Positions 1-9,831 of a DNA stretch of 64,000 nt are shown piece after piece. The position numbers and the translations under genes were made by a program. The notes under the pieces are model-generated. The model was given only the letters and a program-made list of their open reading frames with translations, was not told the DNA's origin and did no database searches. The stretch covers positions 9,475 to 73,474 of the forward strand of contig CAKPHC010000007.1 of the NCBI GenBank assembly GCA_934155645.1, in the 5' to 3' direction. The DNA comes from an uncultured Bacilli bacterium (GTDB lineage: Bacteria > Bacillota_I > Bacilli_A > RF39 > UBA660). How positions within the stretch are numbered: the stretch's first letter is position 1; the number at the start of each line of letters is the position of its first letter.

Positions 1-226
1 CACCTGTTGCTTTATCAATAGCTTTTTGAATATTATCTTTAGGCATATTGTTACTTCTTGCTTTTTCTAGTACCGCGCGAAGAGCTGGATTATGTTCAGG
101 ATTACCATCTGTACCTCTTGCTGCTACATAAATCTCTTTAGCAATTTTTTGAAAAACTTTTCCTCTTTGTTGGTCTAATTCACCTTTTTTTCTATGAATA
201 GTCGCCCACTTTGAATGTCCACTCAT
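1..226 (-). CDS. YebC/PmpR-family transcriptional regulator, partial (N-terminal part only, continues beyond window start)
   Basis: Reverse-complement translation from the ATG at 224-226 gives [32 protein letters not shown]..., the hallmark N-terminus of the YebC/TACO1 family. The ORF runs off the window edge. Confidence 0.75.
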   Translation of the reverse strand, partial: MSGHSKWATIHRKKGELDQQRGKVFQKIAKEIYVAARGTDGNPEHNPALRAVLEKARSNNMPKDNIQKAIDKATG

Positions 227-236
227 AAATTCACTC

Positions 237-947
237 CTAACTTAAAAATTGTATTATTATTGGGGATAAAATTAGTAATAGTATTAATGGTATAAAGAAT
301 ATTACTGATATTACTGATACCTTTAATGGAATCTTACTAATTTTTGCTTTAGCATTTAATATTTGTTTATCCCTTATATAATCTATTTGATTATACATGG
401 TATCTATAATACTATTACCAAAGATATTTGATTGTGAAATATTTAAGATAATATTATTAATAGTATCTGATGGTATTCTTAGTTTTAAATTTTCTAATGC
501 TTCATTAAGACTTTTACCATATTTTACTTCTCTTAGTGCTTGCCTGAATTCATAAGATAATTCAGAATCAATACTGTTAGAAGTTATTTCTAATGCTGTT
601 TTTAAATTACGCCCAGTCTCTAATGATAATGTTAAAACTTCGAAAAAATACATTGCATCATTATCTAATTTTTCACTTCTTGCAGCAACTTTTTTATCTA
701 TTACTATTTTAGGTAAAACATTAAAATAAATAATTGATATTAAAGGTGCGGTAATATATCCCAATTTAGATATATATAATATCATAAAAAATATTAATAT
801 GGTAGTTAAAAATCTAATATTTAAGAAAATTACTGCATTATATGTATCTTTATACCCTAATAAATCTATTTTCTTTTGATATTTATTGATTGTTTCGGTA
901 CTGTATATTTTATATGCTAAGTTAAGATTTTTACTATTTCTTTTCAT
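237..947 (-). CDS. tadC: Tad/Flp pilus assembly membrane protein TadC-like (T2SS-F domain)
   Basis: 236 aa polytopic membrane protein with a GspF-like cytoplasmic domain. Last gene of the tadZ-tadA-tadB-tadC order and overlaps tadB by the ATGA start/stop. Confidence 0.7.
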   Translation of the reverse strand: MKRNSKNLNLAYKIYSTETINKYQKKIDLLGYKDTYNAVIFLNIRFLTTILIFFMILYISKLGYITAPLISIIYFNVLPKIVIDKKVAARSEKLDNDAMYFFEVLTLSLETGRNLKTALEITSNSIDSELSYEFRQALREVKYGKSLNEALENLKLRIPSDTINNIILNISQSNIFGNSIIDTMYNQIDYIRDKQILNAKAKISKIPLKVSVISVIFFIPLILLLILSPIIIQFLS

Positions 948-1963
948 TACATCATCACCTTAACTTTCATTACTCGTTTGATTACTATTATGTATAGGAT
1001 ATAGATAAGTATTATTATGAACAATATCATTATACCTATAGGATTAGTAAATAATGGGGTAAAATAATTAGGATTTAGAATAAATATTCCTAAGAAAAGT
1101 AATACTGGAATAAATACTAGTATTTGGAATATTGCTTTCGCTGATGCGGTTAATGCGCCTAGTTCTTCTTGTAGTTTTTTTCTAGTAAATGAATTACGCT
1201 CTACTGAAGCAAAAACTTGAACTATGTTACCACCTGTTTTATTTAAAACATTTAATGATGTAGTTATATATCTTGCTTCTTTCGTATCTATTCTTTTAGT
1301 AAATCTTTCGAATACAGTTTCCATATTCAATCCAAAAGATAAGTCGATGTACATTTTTTTAAATTCTTCACTGATAGGTCCATCTAATTCATTAGATACC
1401 ATATATATTGCTTGCATAATACTAAGACCAGATTTAAAGGAGTTGTTCATAATAATGATTGCCTTTAACATATCTTTCTCTATTTGTCTTTTGCGCATTT
1501 TTGTTTTAGATATTAATAATAAATCCGGAATATAGAACCCAATTAAGAAAGTTGTTACTAGTTGTAAAGATGTAATGTTTTTATATTGAAATATATTGGA
1601 TATAATAATTAGAATCATCATAGCAAATCCTGCTAATACTTTGGTTGAAATATAGTCCATTGCATCTTCTCTAATAATCTTAGTGTTATCACAATATTTT
1701 TCATATTTTTTGCTATAATCGTTAAAGATTTTCAGTTTATATAAGAGTTTAGATACTCTTTTTTTAATTCTATTATAAATTTTATGCACTTTATCAAATA
1801 AAGATAATTCTTCGTCTTTAATAACGTTTACAGCATATTTACTAAATCTTTTTTCTAATCTAGTTGCTCTATTTAATCTAATTAACCATAATACTACACC
1901 AAATAGTATTATAATCATTGTTATTTGTAGAATAAATAAATTCATATTGTAACCATTTGGCAT
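947..1963 (-). CDS. tadB: Tad/Flp pilus assembly membrane protein TadB-like (T2SS-F domain)
   Basis: 338 aa with an N-terminal TM helix, a central soluble domain and C-terminal TM helices typical of the T2SSF family. Lies between tadA and tadC. Confidence 0.7.
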   Translation of the reverse strand: MPNGYNMNLFILQITMIIILFGVVLWLIRLNRATRLEKRFSKYAVNVIKDEELSLFDKVHKIYNRIKKRVSKLLYKLKIFNDYSKKYEKYCDNTKIIREDAMDYISTKVLAGFAMMILIIISNIFQYKNITSLQLVTTFLIGFYIPDLLLISKTKMRKRQIEKDMLKAIIIMNNSFKSGLSIMQAIYMVSNELDGPISEEFKKMYIDLSFGLNMETVFERFTKRIDTKEARYITTSLNVLNKTGGNIVQVFASVERNSFTRKKLQEELGALTASAKAIFQILVFIPVLLFLGIFILNPNYFTPLFTNPIGIMILFIIILIYILYIIVIKRVMKVKVMM

Positions 1964-1974
1964 AATATTTCCTC

Positions 1975-3360
1975 CTAATCTTTTTTCTTTTTAGATTTTT
2001 GTTCTTTTTCTATAGCTTGGAAGATGTCATCTACTGAATGAACTCCCCTACTTACAATTTTCTTATATACACTTGGAATATAATTATAAAGAATAAATTC
2101 ACCATTTACTTCGCCTTTATCCGTTAATCCGTTTTGTTGGAAAGCAAAGATATCTTTTAAAATGATATTTTCACCATCAAATCCAGTTATTTCTGAGATT
2201 GATGTTACTTTACGGCGACCATCGCTCAATCTTTCGATATTTACTACTATATCTAAGGCTTTTTCAATATATTCACGTACTGCTTTTAAAGGAATATCTA
2301 TTCCACTCATTAAAATCATTGTTTCTAATCGATTTAGAGCATCGCTTGCAGAATTAGCATGTAGTGTAGTAAGTGAACCATCATGACCTGTGTTCATAGC
2401 TTGTAACATATCAAATGCTTCTTCACCACGAACTTCTCCTACTATAATACGGTCTGGTCTCATACGTAATGAGTTTCTTACAAGGTCTCTTATTGTTACT
2501 TCACCTTCACGTTCATAGTTAACATTTCTTGTTTCTAGTGAAATTACGTGAGTTTGTTTTAATCTTAATTCTACAGCATCTTCTATTGTTATAATACGTT
2601 CATCAGGATTAATAAAATTTGATAAAACATTTAATAGTGTTGTCTTACCAGAACCAGTTCCACCACACACTACCATGTTTAATTTAGCTTCAACACATGC
2701 ATCTAGAAATCTAGCCATATATGGAGTTAATGTACCATTACCAATTAAAGCTTCAATATTACTCATACTCTCTTTGAATTTACGAATTGTCATAACTGGA
2801 CCTTTAACTGATAAAGGTGGAATAATTGCATTGATTCTTGAACCATCTGGTAGGTGTGAGTCAACCATTGGATTAGTTGAATCTATAGTTCTACCTAGTG
2901 GTTGAACAATTCTTTGAATAGTTCTAATTATATGGTCATTATTGATAAATGAAACAGAATCATCTCTAATTAATTGACCATCTACTTCTATATATATTTC
3001 ATTTGGTCCGTTTACCATTATTTCAGTAACGTTTTTATCTTCCAATAATTCGGTAATTGGTCCATATCCATTAATTTCGTTTTCTATTAAGTTGAAGATG
3101 TGATTTCTTTCTACATTTGTTAAGTCATATCCTTCAGTAATTCTATCTATTTCTTCATTAATATATTGAGTTAAAACTTTTTCATCAGGTATTTGGTTAT
3201 CTATTAATTCTTGAATTATTGTATTTCTAAAGCGGTCAAGTAAATCTTTATCTTTAAAAATATCATAATCGTTAGTTATTTCTTTGCTATATTCTTTTTC
3301 GTTTTCATTTTTTTCTATTTCAAATTCTTCTAGCCAACTATTTTTCTTCATTTGCTTCAT
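1975..3360 (-). CDS. tadA: CpaF/TadA-type secretion ATPase (VirB11-like)
   Basis: 461 aa with Walker [14 protein letters not shown] and Walker B/Asp box motifs. Has the [10 protein letters not shown] and [14 protein letters not shown] motifs characteristic of the CpaF/TadA family. Confidence 0.85.
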   Translation of the reverse strand: MKQMKKNSWLEEFEIEKNENEKEYSKEITNDYDIFKDKDLLDRFRNTIIQELIDNQIPDEKVLTQYINEEIDRITEGYDLTNVERNHIFNLIENEINGYGPITELLEDKNVTEIMVNGPNEIYIEVDGQLIRDDSVSFINNDHIIRTIQRIVQPLGRTIDSTNPMVDSHLPDGSRINAIIPPLSVKGPVMTIRKFKESMSNIEALIGNGTLTPYMARFLDACVEAKLNMVVCGGTGSGKTTLLNVLSNFINPDERIITIEDAVELRLKQTHVISLETRNVNYEREGEVTIRDLVRNSLRMRPDRIIVGEVRGEEAFDMLQAMNTGHDGSLTTLHANSASDALNRLETMILMSGIDIPLKAVREYIEKALDIVVNIERLSDGRRKVTSISEITGFDGENIILKDIFAFQQNGLTDKGEVNGEFILYNYIPSVYKKIVSRGVHSVDDIFQAIEKEQKSKKKKD

Positions 3361-4132
3361 CCCCTTTATAATCTTTTAATAGATTAAGTACAAAATTAGA
3401 AAGTTTAGCTGCCTCTTTAGCATTGTCTTTTAATACTTTTTCACATGCTTCTAGAAGGTTGCCATTTACAACGTATTTATCTAATCCCCTAATATAAAAT
3501 CTTTTTGGTATTGTATAGTTTATTTTGCTTTTTATAATACTTTCAATATCATAACTAGAATAGTAACCACGACCTTCATTAATTGCACTATTTAGTACTA
3601 GGACTAGGTTATCTACGTCCATATTTTTACATATTGAAATAAAGTTTTTAGTATTTTTTATATCAAATGAATCGTTTGTGAAAATATCTAAAATTACTTT
3701 GGAACACTCAAAAGCAACCATGTTTGTAACGCTTAGAATATGATTAGTATCTATTAGAATAACATCATATTTGTGAGAAAAACTTCTTAAAATTACTTCT
3801 AGATATTTACGGTCTATTTTAGATGCTTGTCTAGGATCTTTTGGAGAAGTAATTATATCAATGTATTCATCATATTTAATAACATAGTTTTCTTTAGAAT
3901 CTCCTTTGTAACGGTTGTTTGCAACATCATCACATAGATTGTATATACTTCCTTTAACATCAAGATTTAACGCAAAGGCAATATCGCCATTATATAAGTC
4001 TAAATCCATTATTAATACTCTTTTTTGAGCCTTTTTTAGAATAGCAGCAAGTTGTAAAACAGTTAAAGTTTTACCAACTCCACCTTTCATGGAAGTTACT
4101 GTTATTATTTTCCCTTTTTTTATTTTTGGCAT
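3338..4132 (-). CDS. ParA/MinD-type ATPase, TadZ/CpaE-like pilus localisation protein
   Basis: 264 aa with deviant Walker A SMKGGVGKT. Sits immediately upstream of tadA and overlaps it, as in tad loci. Confidence 0.7.
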   Translation of the reverse strand: MPKIKKGKIITVTSMKGGVGKTLTVLQLAAILKKAQKRVLIMDLDLYNGDIAFALNLDVKGSIYNLCDDVANNRYKGDSKENYVIKYDEYIDIITSPKDPRQASKIDRKYLEVILRSFSHKYDVILIDTNHILSVTNMVAFECSKVILDIFTNDSFDIKNTKNFISICKNMDVDNLVLVLNSAINEGRGYYSSYDIESIIKSKINYTIPKRFYIRGLDKYVVNGNLLEACEKVLKDNAKEAAKLSNFVLNLLKDYKGDEANEEK

Positions 4133-4147
4133 ATTTTCACATCCTCA

Positions 4148-4513
4148 TTATTGATATATTGGATTATCGTTATTTATTTTAAATGTTCTTTTAGAAGTAA
4201 TTGTATAGTTATTTCTACCAGTTACATTTCCAAAATAACTTGAAACTTCTTTTTTTAAGTTAATTTGTACTTCTTCAGCACTTACTAATATAAATTCCAC
4301 TTCAATGTCTTTATCATTTTTATTTATATAATCTTTTATTTCATCAACACTCATATTTCTTATTGCAGCATCTTTTATTACTAAATCATTTATTTGATTT
4401 AATTTATTTTTGTTATATGCAAGATAAGTGTTATCAATTATGTATACAGCACCTAGTAATAAAATTGGAATTATTAGAACAAATAAGATTAATACTTGAC
4501 CTTTATTATTCAT
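4148..4513 (-). CDS. TadE-like pseudopilin
   Basis: 121 aa. Short basic leader MNNKGQ followed by a hydrophobic helix VLILFVLIIPILLLGAVYIID, resembling the TadE N-terminal domain. Overlaps the next TadE-like gene. Confidence 0.5.
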   Translation of the reverse strand: MNNKGQVLILFVLIIPILLLGAVYIIDNTYLAYNKNKLNQINDLVIKDAAIRNMSVDEIKDYINKNDKDIEVEFILVSAEEVQINLKKEVSSYFGNVTGRNNYTITSKRTFKINNDNPIYQ

Positions 4514-4859
4514 ACTTAATCACCCTACTAGTGGATACTTTATATGGTGATGATAATATCAAGTTAAGTCCAGGTGTAATTATATCTATTTTTCTTGATA
4601 AAGTCACTGTCATGTATCCGTTTTCAGCATTACTTAGTGTTACTTCAATATTAGTTTTAGTATTTTGATTTACAGTTTTATTAATAGCATCGTAATCAAT
4701 TGAATCTCTATCAATGTCATTTATATAGCCTAAAGCTGTTTCTAATTCGTTTTTATTTACAAATATTCTACCAAAATCTATTACTGCAAATAAAAGCATA
4801 ATAAGAACTGGTAAAACTAAAATGAATTCAACTAATGCTTGACCTTTTTTATTGTTCAC
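4506..4859 (-). CDS. TadE-like pseudopilin with G/XXXXEF prepilin-peptidase motif
   Basis: 117 aa. MNNKKGQALVEFILVLPVLIMLLFAVIDFGRIF matches the TadE/TadF N-terminal domain and the Flp-type cleavage motif (G, four residues, E, F). Confidence 0.65.
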   Translation of the reverse strand: MNNKKGQALVEFILVLPVLIMLLFAVIDFGRIFVNKNELETALGYINDIDRDSIDYDAINKTVNQNTKTNIEVTLSNAENGYMTVTLSRKIDIITPGLNLILSSPYKVSTSRVIKYE

Positions 4860-4938
4860 TCTACCACCCCTATTATAGATTAATTATAGCACAGCACAAA
4901 AAAAAATAAAACTATAAAGTCTTATTTTTTTAATTCTA

Positions 4939-5517
4939 TTATGCTCCTGCTTGTGCATTGAAGAATTGTTGATAGTTAGCAGTAACTACAATGTTTTTAG
5001 TTAATTCATCAGGTTGTTCACCAGTTGTATCATCATAAGTAGCAACTAGTGTAATAGTTTCTCTACCTGTTGAAGCCGCTAATTTTGCTCTGTTAGTTAA
5101 ATCATCATCTGGAGATGGTGTTAATGTAAATGTAATTGGAGCTTCTCCTGTTTCAACTGCTGTGATTGATTTTAATACAGCATCTAGAGTTCCAGTGTTT
5201 TTAACTCCAATTGTACATGTTACTTGGTCTCCAGGTGTTTCTAATGAAACAGCTAATGTTGCAGTTGTACCAGATATTGCAATACCACTTCCATCTGAAC
5301 ATTTAGAAACAGTAGTATCTTGATCAAATTCTACCTTCCAAGTTGAACCAATTGTAGTAGTACCGTTTATTGTTAAGTTAGTTGTAAATGCAGCAAATGC
5401 TACAGCCATAACAATAACAACTGTACATAACATAACAATTAATATGCCTTTGTCCTTCATAATATCCTCCTTTATTATTACAAAATTATTGTAACATATT
5501 TTAGTAGTGTAATACAA
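4939..5517 (-). CDS. Secreted TasA/camelysin-like protein, paralog 1 of 5
   Basis: 192 aa. Signal peptide ending AFA|AF, then conserved LTINGTTTIGSTWKV and the (L/F)xxPGDxxxCxxxxxNxG(S/T)LDAxL motif, comparable to the B. subtilis TasA LKPGDKLTKDFQFENNGSLAIK segment. AGGAGG RBS. Confidence 0.6.
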   Translation of the reverse strand: MYYTTKICYNNFVIIKEDIMKDKGILIVMLCTVVIVMAVAFAAFTTNLTINGTTTIGSTWKVEFDQDTTVSKCSDGSGIAISGTTATLAVSLETPGDQVTCTIGVKNTGTLDAVLKSITAVETGEAPITFTLTPSPDDDLTNRAKLAASTGRETITLVATYDDTTGEQPDELTKNIVVTANYQQFFNAQAGA

Positions 5518-5539
5518 TATTTTTTGTAAAAAAAAGATA

Positions 5540-5575
5540 TAGGAAACTATATCTTTAATCCAAATTATTAGTTAA
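5540..5575 (-). terminator. Rho-independent terminator of paralog 2
   Basis: On the minus strand: AAAGATATAG-TTTC-CTATATCTTT stem-loop followed by TTTTTT. Confidence 0.6.
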
Positions 5576-5579
5576 AATC

Positions 5580-6149
5580 TTAACCTAATTTTTGTTCATA
5601 ACCGATAGTTACAGTTACAGTTTTTGTTTTAGTAGCTTCTGTTGCTGAACCAGTAGCATCAGCATCATAAGCAGCGTCAATTTTGTAAGTTTGAGTTTTA
5701 CCAGCTGCTAATGTATCACCTGTAGCTATGCCTGATAAGTTGTATTTAATTAAGTCAGCAGCTGTTACATCAAGTGAATTATCATCAGCAGTAACAGTTT
5801 TAGAAGCTCCTGAACCATCTTTTACAACTGTATCAATGCTTTTAACTTTAGCATCTAATGAACCAGTGTTAGAAATAGTTACATCACAGTGTCCTGTGTC
5901 TCCTGGTTGATTGAAAGTGAAGTCGAATTGAGCAGTTGTTGCTGTAAAGCTTTTAGTAACTGCTGCTGCTTGTCCACCTTCTACTGCAGTTGCATTGCAA
6001 TCGATTGCAGTAATAGCAACGTTCCATGTAGAACTGATTGTTGCTGTACCATTAATTGTTAATGTTGTTTGGAATGCTGCATAAGCTACTGCCATAACGC
6101 AAACTACTGCACATAGCATTCCGATTATAAGATTTTTGCTATCTTTCAT
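5580..6149 (-). CDS. Secreted TasA/camelysin-like protein, paralog 2
   Basis: 189 aa. MKDSKNLIIGMLCAVVCVMAVAYA|AFQTTLTINGTATISSTWNV ... FTFNQPGDTGHCDVTISNTGSLDAKVK. Has its own rho-independent terminator. Confidence 0.6.
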   Translation of the reverse strand: MKDSKNLIIGMLCAVVCVMAVAYAAFQTTLTINGTATISSTWNVAITAIDCNATAVEGGQAAAVTKSFTATTAQFDFTFNQPGDTGHCDVTISNTGSLDAKVKSIDTVVKDGSGASKTVTADDNSLDVTAADLIKYNLSGIATGDTLAAGKTQTYKIDAAYDADATGSATEATKTKTVTVTIGYEQKLG

Positions 6150-6185
6150 TTCTAATTTCCTCCCTTGTGTTTATCACACTATAAT

Positions 6186-6731
6186 TTATTTAATTTTTTG
6201 AGTAGCAACTGATGTGATTGATAATTTTGCTGTTTTAGCTGCTGCTGCTGGATCTTCAGTTATAGTACTCTTATATGTTCCTTGAACAGTGATTTCATGA
6301 GTAGCATTTTTACCAGCGTTTGCTAATAACTCTGTAGTTCCATTATTAGTAGCTCCTGTAACAACAAAGTCAATTGCATCTGTTCCATCAGCTCCAGTAA
6401 TTGTATGAGTTAATAATACGTCTACAGTACCACAGTTTTCATATACTACTTGGCAAGTAGCTGTGTCTCCAGGTTGAGTGAATCCCATAGTGATTGTAGC
6501 ATCTAATGCATTACCAGCAACTGATGCTTCAGCAGTAACTGAACCAGCAGCTCCACCTGAAACTGGTGTTTTAGTTGGGCAAGTTGCCTCCTTAATTCTT
6601 ACACACCATTCTGATGCGATTGTTGATGTACCATTAATTGTTAATGTTGTTGCGAATGCAGCGTAAGCTACAGCCATAACACAAACAACTGCACATAACA
6701 TACCAATTACTAAATTCTTACTATCCTTCAT
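6186..6731 (-). CDS. Secreted TasA/camelysin-like protein, paralog 3
   Basis: 181 aa with the same N-terminal module. Contains FTQPGDTATCQVVYENCGTVDVLL. Confidence 0.6.
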   Translation of the reverse strand: MKDSKNLVIGMLCAVVCVMAVAYAAFATTLTINGTSTIASEWCVRIKEATCPTKTPVSGGAAGSVTAEASVAGNALDATITMGFTQPGDTATCQVVYENCGTVDVLLTHTITGADGTDAIDFVVTGATNNGTTELLANAGKNATHEITVQGTYKSTITEDPAAAAKTAKLSITSVATQKIK

Positions 6732-6825
6732 TTTGTTTTTCTCCTTCCTTATCTTATAGATTGATTATAGCAAACATTATTTTAAAAGACAATACTTAAA
6801 ATATAAATTTGCATTTTTTTACACA

Positions 6826-6862
6826 AAATTTTCACAAAAAAACACGACCACTGTAAAGTCAT
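6826..6862 (-). terminator. Rho-independent terminator of paralog 4
   Basis: On the minus strand: AAACATGAC ... GTCGTGTTT stem with one G-U pair, followed by a T-run. Confidence 0.45.
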
Positions 6863-6874
6863 GTTTTTAAACAT

Positions 6875-7405
6875 TTAATTAAAGTTTTGAGTATAATTAG
6901 CAGTTACTTTTAATTCCTTAGTTTTATCGCTATCAAGAGGTTGTGATGTAATACTACTATCATATTTACCAGTTACAACTGCTGTATGTGTACCAGTTGT
7001 TTTTGATAAAACAGCGTTTTCAGTAAGACCTGTTACAGAAAGTCTTATTGGTCCTTCTTCATCTATTCCAGTTATTATTAATTCACTTAATTTTGCATCT
7101 ATATTTCCACAGTTTTCAAATATAATTGTACATACTGCTTGGTCTCCTGGTTGGGTAAACTCCATAGAAACTGTCGCTGTATTATTTGACACTTTACTAG
7201 CAGTAGCAGTAACTGATTCAGCACTTCCTCCGCTTACTGGAGTTGTAACACAAGTAGGATTATCTTTAATTCTTACACACCAATCTGATGTGATTGTTGC
7301 TGTACCGTTTATCTTTAAATTTGTTGCAAATGCTGCATAACCTACAGCCATGATTGCTATTAATGCACACAACAATCCAACTAGTAAACCTTTTTTATCT
7401 TTCAT
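6875..7405 (-). CDS. Secreted TasA/camelysin-like protein, paralog 4
   Basis: 176 aa with the same N-terminal module. Contains FTQPGDQAVCTIIFENCGNIDAKL. Own terminator downstream. Confidence 0.6.
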   Translation of the reverse strand: MKDKKGLLVGLLCALIAIMAVGYAAFATNLKINGTATITSDWCVRIKDNPTCVTTPVSGGSAESVTATASKVSNNTATVSMEFTQPGDQAVCTIIFENCGNIDAKLSELIITGIDEEGPIRLSVTGLTENAVLSKTTGTHTAVVTGKYDSSITSQPLDSDKTKELKVTANYTQNFN

Positions 7406-7443
7406 AATATACCCTCCTATTTTCTAAATTGATTATATCAAAA

Positions 7444-8616
7444 CTAACTGGCTATATCAACACCAAAACTCGTTTTATCATAATATTTAATCTGATTTTT
7501 ACTATGAACTATTTTAAATAACTCGTTATCTCTTAACATATAGTTTTCAATAACTGTTTTATCAAATAAGTTTTTTTCAATTCCTGCAATATTATATTGA
7601 GCTAGTCTATTACTGATTTTTCCAAACATAATATCACATTCTATTTCCATAGTATCATGTAACTTGTTATAAAAATTTTTAGGTTTTGTTTTAAATATTC
7701 TTTCTATTTCTCGAATCTCATTACAACCATTTCGTTCATTATACTGTGACAATAAGTAATCAAACTCAAAACTATTAGGAGCAGTCAATATTTTTAATAT
7801 TCCCTCTTCTTTTATATTGCTTTTCTGTTTTAAGAACTTGTCCAGTGTTATACCAAAAAAGTTATAATTAATTCTTCTTGCTAAGTTATTACGATATTGG
7901 TCTTTAGATATCGTATCAGATGATGGGTCAAATATATATAATCCCTCAATATCATTTTCTTTATCTTTTAGATGCGCTAAAGTAACATAGTTTATTTCAT
8001 TATCAACATTTACTTTTACTAATATTGCTGGTACATTGTTCATATTTAACAATTCTTTAAACAACAAATTGTATCCATAACTATTGGCTTTACCTTCACT
8101 TATTATTTCAGGTAATCTTCCATATTTATTTTTTCCATCATAGTCAAATAATTTAACTCTATCATACATTTTTAATACTTCATTAAAATTATTCTCACTA
8201 TCTTTTAAACATCTAGACTCATTAAACCACTCTTTTATCTTTCGATATTTTGCCATAGTAGTTATAGAACATCTATTTTCGTCTTTAGAATAAGCAATAT
8301 TCCAAGTATCAATGTTTAAGAAACTCATATTTGATAAAATCATATCATCATTTTCATCTATCTTTTTTAAAATGTATTTTTCAATTTTTGCATCATCAAT
8401 AGTTGGCAATCCTTCTAGTAGTAATTTTACTTTTTCGATACTCGCAATATCAATATCATCTTTAAAATATATTTGGGATAGATTAATTGGTGATGCTAGT
8501 AAGTTTATTAAATCACTTAGTTCAGAATCAGATAAAGGGTGGTCAAAAGATAAGTTGGATAATAACTTAGTTTTATTTTCTATATTTAAATCCATTAACT
8601 TAACCATTTCAACCAT
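7444..8616 (-). CDS. Hypothetical cytoplasmic protein (390 aa), first gene of the TasA-like/Tad cluster
   Basis: Long ORF with coding-like composition and no TM or signal peptide. I do not recognise a family. Confidence 0.4.
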   Translation of the reverse strand: MVEMVKLMDLNIENKTKLLSNLSFDHPLSDSELSDLINLLASPINLSQIYFKDDIDIASIEKVKLLLEGLPTIDDAKIEKYILKKIDENDDMILSNMSFLNIDTWNIAYSKDENRCSITTMAKYRKIKEWFNESRCLKDSENNFNEVLKMYDRVKLFDYDGKNKYGRLPEIISEGKANSYGYNLLFKELLNMNNVPAILVKVNVDNEINYVTLAHLKDKENDIEGLYIFDPSSDTISKDQYRNNLARRINYNFFGITLDKFLKQKSNIKEEGILKILTAPNSFEFDYLLSQYNERNGCNEIREIERIFKTKPKNFYNKLHDTMEIECDIMFGKISNRLAQYNIAGIEKNLFDKTVIENYMLRDNELFKIVHSKNQIKYYDKTSFGVDIAS

Positions 8617-8632
8617 CCCTTTATTTAATTAT

Positions 8633-9820
8633 TTATTTCTTTAAACCTTTCAACCCTTTTAGACCTTTACTTCCAGAAAATCCTTGTAAAATATTAGTAC
8701 TAAATGAGTGAACTTTATTTATTCTCTTTTTATAGTTTTTAATAGCAACATTTATCATTTCATCTAATAATTCTGAATAATTCTTATCAATAGGTTCCCA
8801 TAAATAGAACGCTAATGAACCAGGTATTGAATTAATCTCATTTACATATACTTTTTTCTTTTTCTTATCTATTAAGAAGTCTATTCTTACTACTCCAGAA
8901 CAGTTTAATGTTCTAAATACTTCTAAGGCATTAGATTGTACTTCTTCTTTTAATTTATCATCTATATCAGCTGGTATCTTTCTTGATGCAGAAGCCATAC
9001 CTTTACTTGCTCCACCTGTTTTTTTGCTAGAGCCAATATATTTGTCTTCGTATGTTAATAATTCGTTACCAGTCATTACTTGTTCAATAACACTGTATTG
9101 CATATGTTCATAGTTTCCTAAAACACTTATATTAACTTCTACTAAATTATCAACTACTTCTTCAACGATTACTTTATTATCGTAAGTAATAGCGTCTTCG
9201 ATAGCTCTTTGTAATTCATCACGATTGTGTGCTTTATTAATACCTACACTACTACCTAAAGTTGCTGGCTTAACCATTACTGGGTATTTTAATTTTTCAA
9301 TCATCTTTATAATTTTGTCATTGTCATCTAAGTATTCACTATCGAAAAACCATACAAAATCTGTTGTTGGTATGTTTGCTGATTGATAAATTTGCTTTTG
9401 GAAAATTTTATCTTGAGCTATAGCAGCAGAAGATACATCGCTTCCTACGAAAGGTATACCTATACTTTTTAAGTATCCTTGTAATACACCATCTTCAACG
9501 TTAGTTCCATGTACTATTGGGAAAGCCATATCAATTTCTTCTACTGTTCTTTTGAAGAAACCTTTAGATTGTAATACGAATTTCCCTTTTTTATGATATA
9601 GAACTACATTTTTACTATATCTTTTTAGAAGATCTAAGTCTTGATATACTTCAATATCTTTTAAAGATTTTCCAGTATACCACTCACCTTCCTTAGTAAT
9701 ATAGATTGGTATTACTTCATATTTTTCACTATCCATTTTATTCATTGCTTGGATAGCCGAAATAATACTAACCTCATGTTCAACTGATTCTCCACCAAAA
9801 ATAACACCTAATTTAATCAT
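8633..9820 (-). CDS. ddl: D-alanine--D-alanine ligase
   Basis: ATP-grasp protein with N-terminal GGxSxEHxVS and a C-terminal GLKGLKGLKK tail. Sits directly upstream of murF, the classical ddl-murF arrangement. Confidence 0.85.
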   Translation of the reverse strand: MIKLGVIFGGESVEHEVSIISAIQAMNKMDSEKYEVIPIYITKEGEWYTGKSLKDIEVYQDLDLLKRYSKNVVLYHKKGKFVLQSKGFFKRTVEEIDMAFPIVHGTNVEDGVLQGYLKSIGIPFVGSDVSSAAIAQDKIFQKQIYQSANIPTTDFVWFFDSEYLDDNDKIIKMIEKLKYPVMVKPATLGSSVGINKAHNRDELQRAIEDAITYDNKVIVEEVVDNLVEVNISVLGNYEHMQYSVIEQVMTGNELLTYEDKYIGSSKKTGGASKGMASASRKIPADIDDKLKEEVQSNALEVFRTLNCSGVVRIDFLIDKKKKKVYVNEINSIPGSLAFYLWEPIDKNYSELLDEMINVAIKNYKKRINKVHSFSTNILQGFSGSKGLKGLKGLKK

Positions 9821-9831
9821 ATATATTCCTC

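Noticed and set aside
8633-9820. The C-terminal GLKGLKGLKK tail of Ddl as a functional repeat.
   Set aside because: It is a short low-complexity tail, likely a neutral extension, and is not a separate feature.
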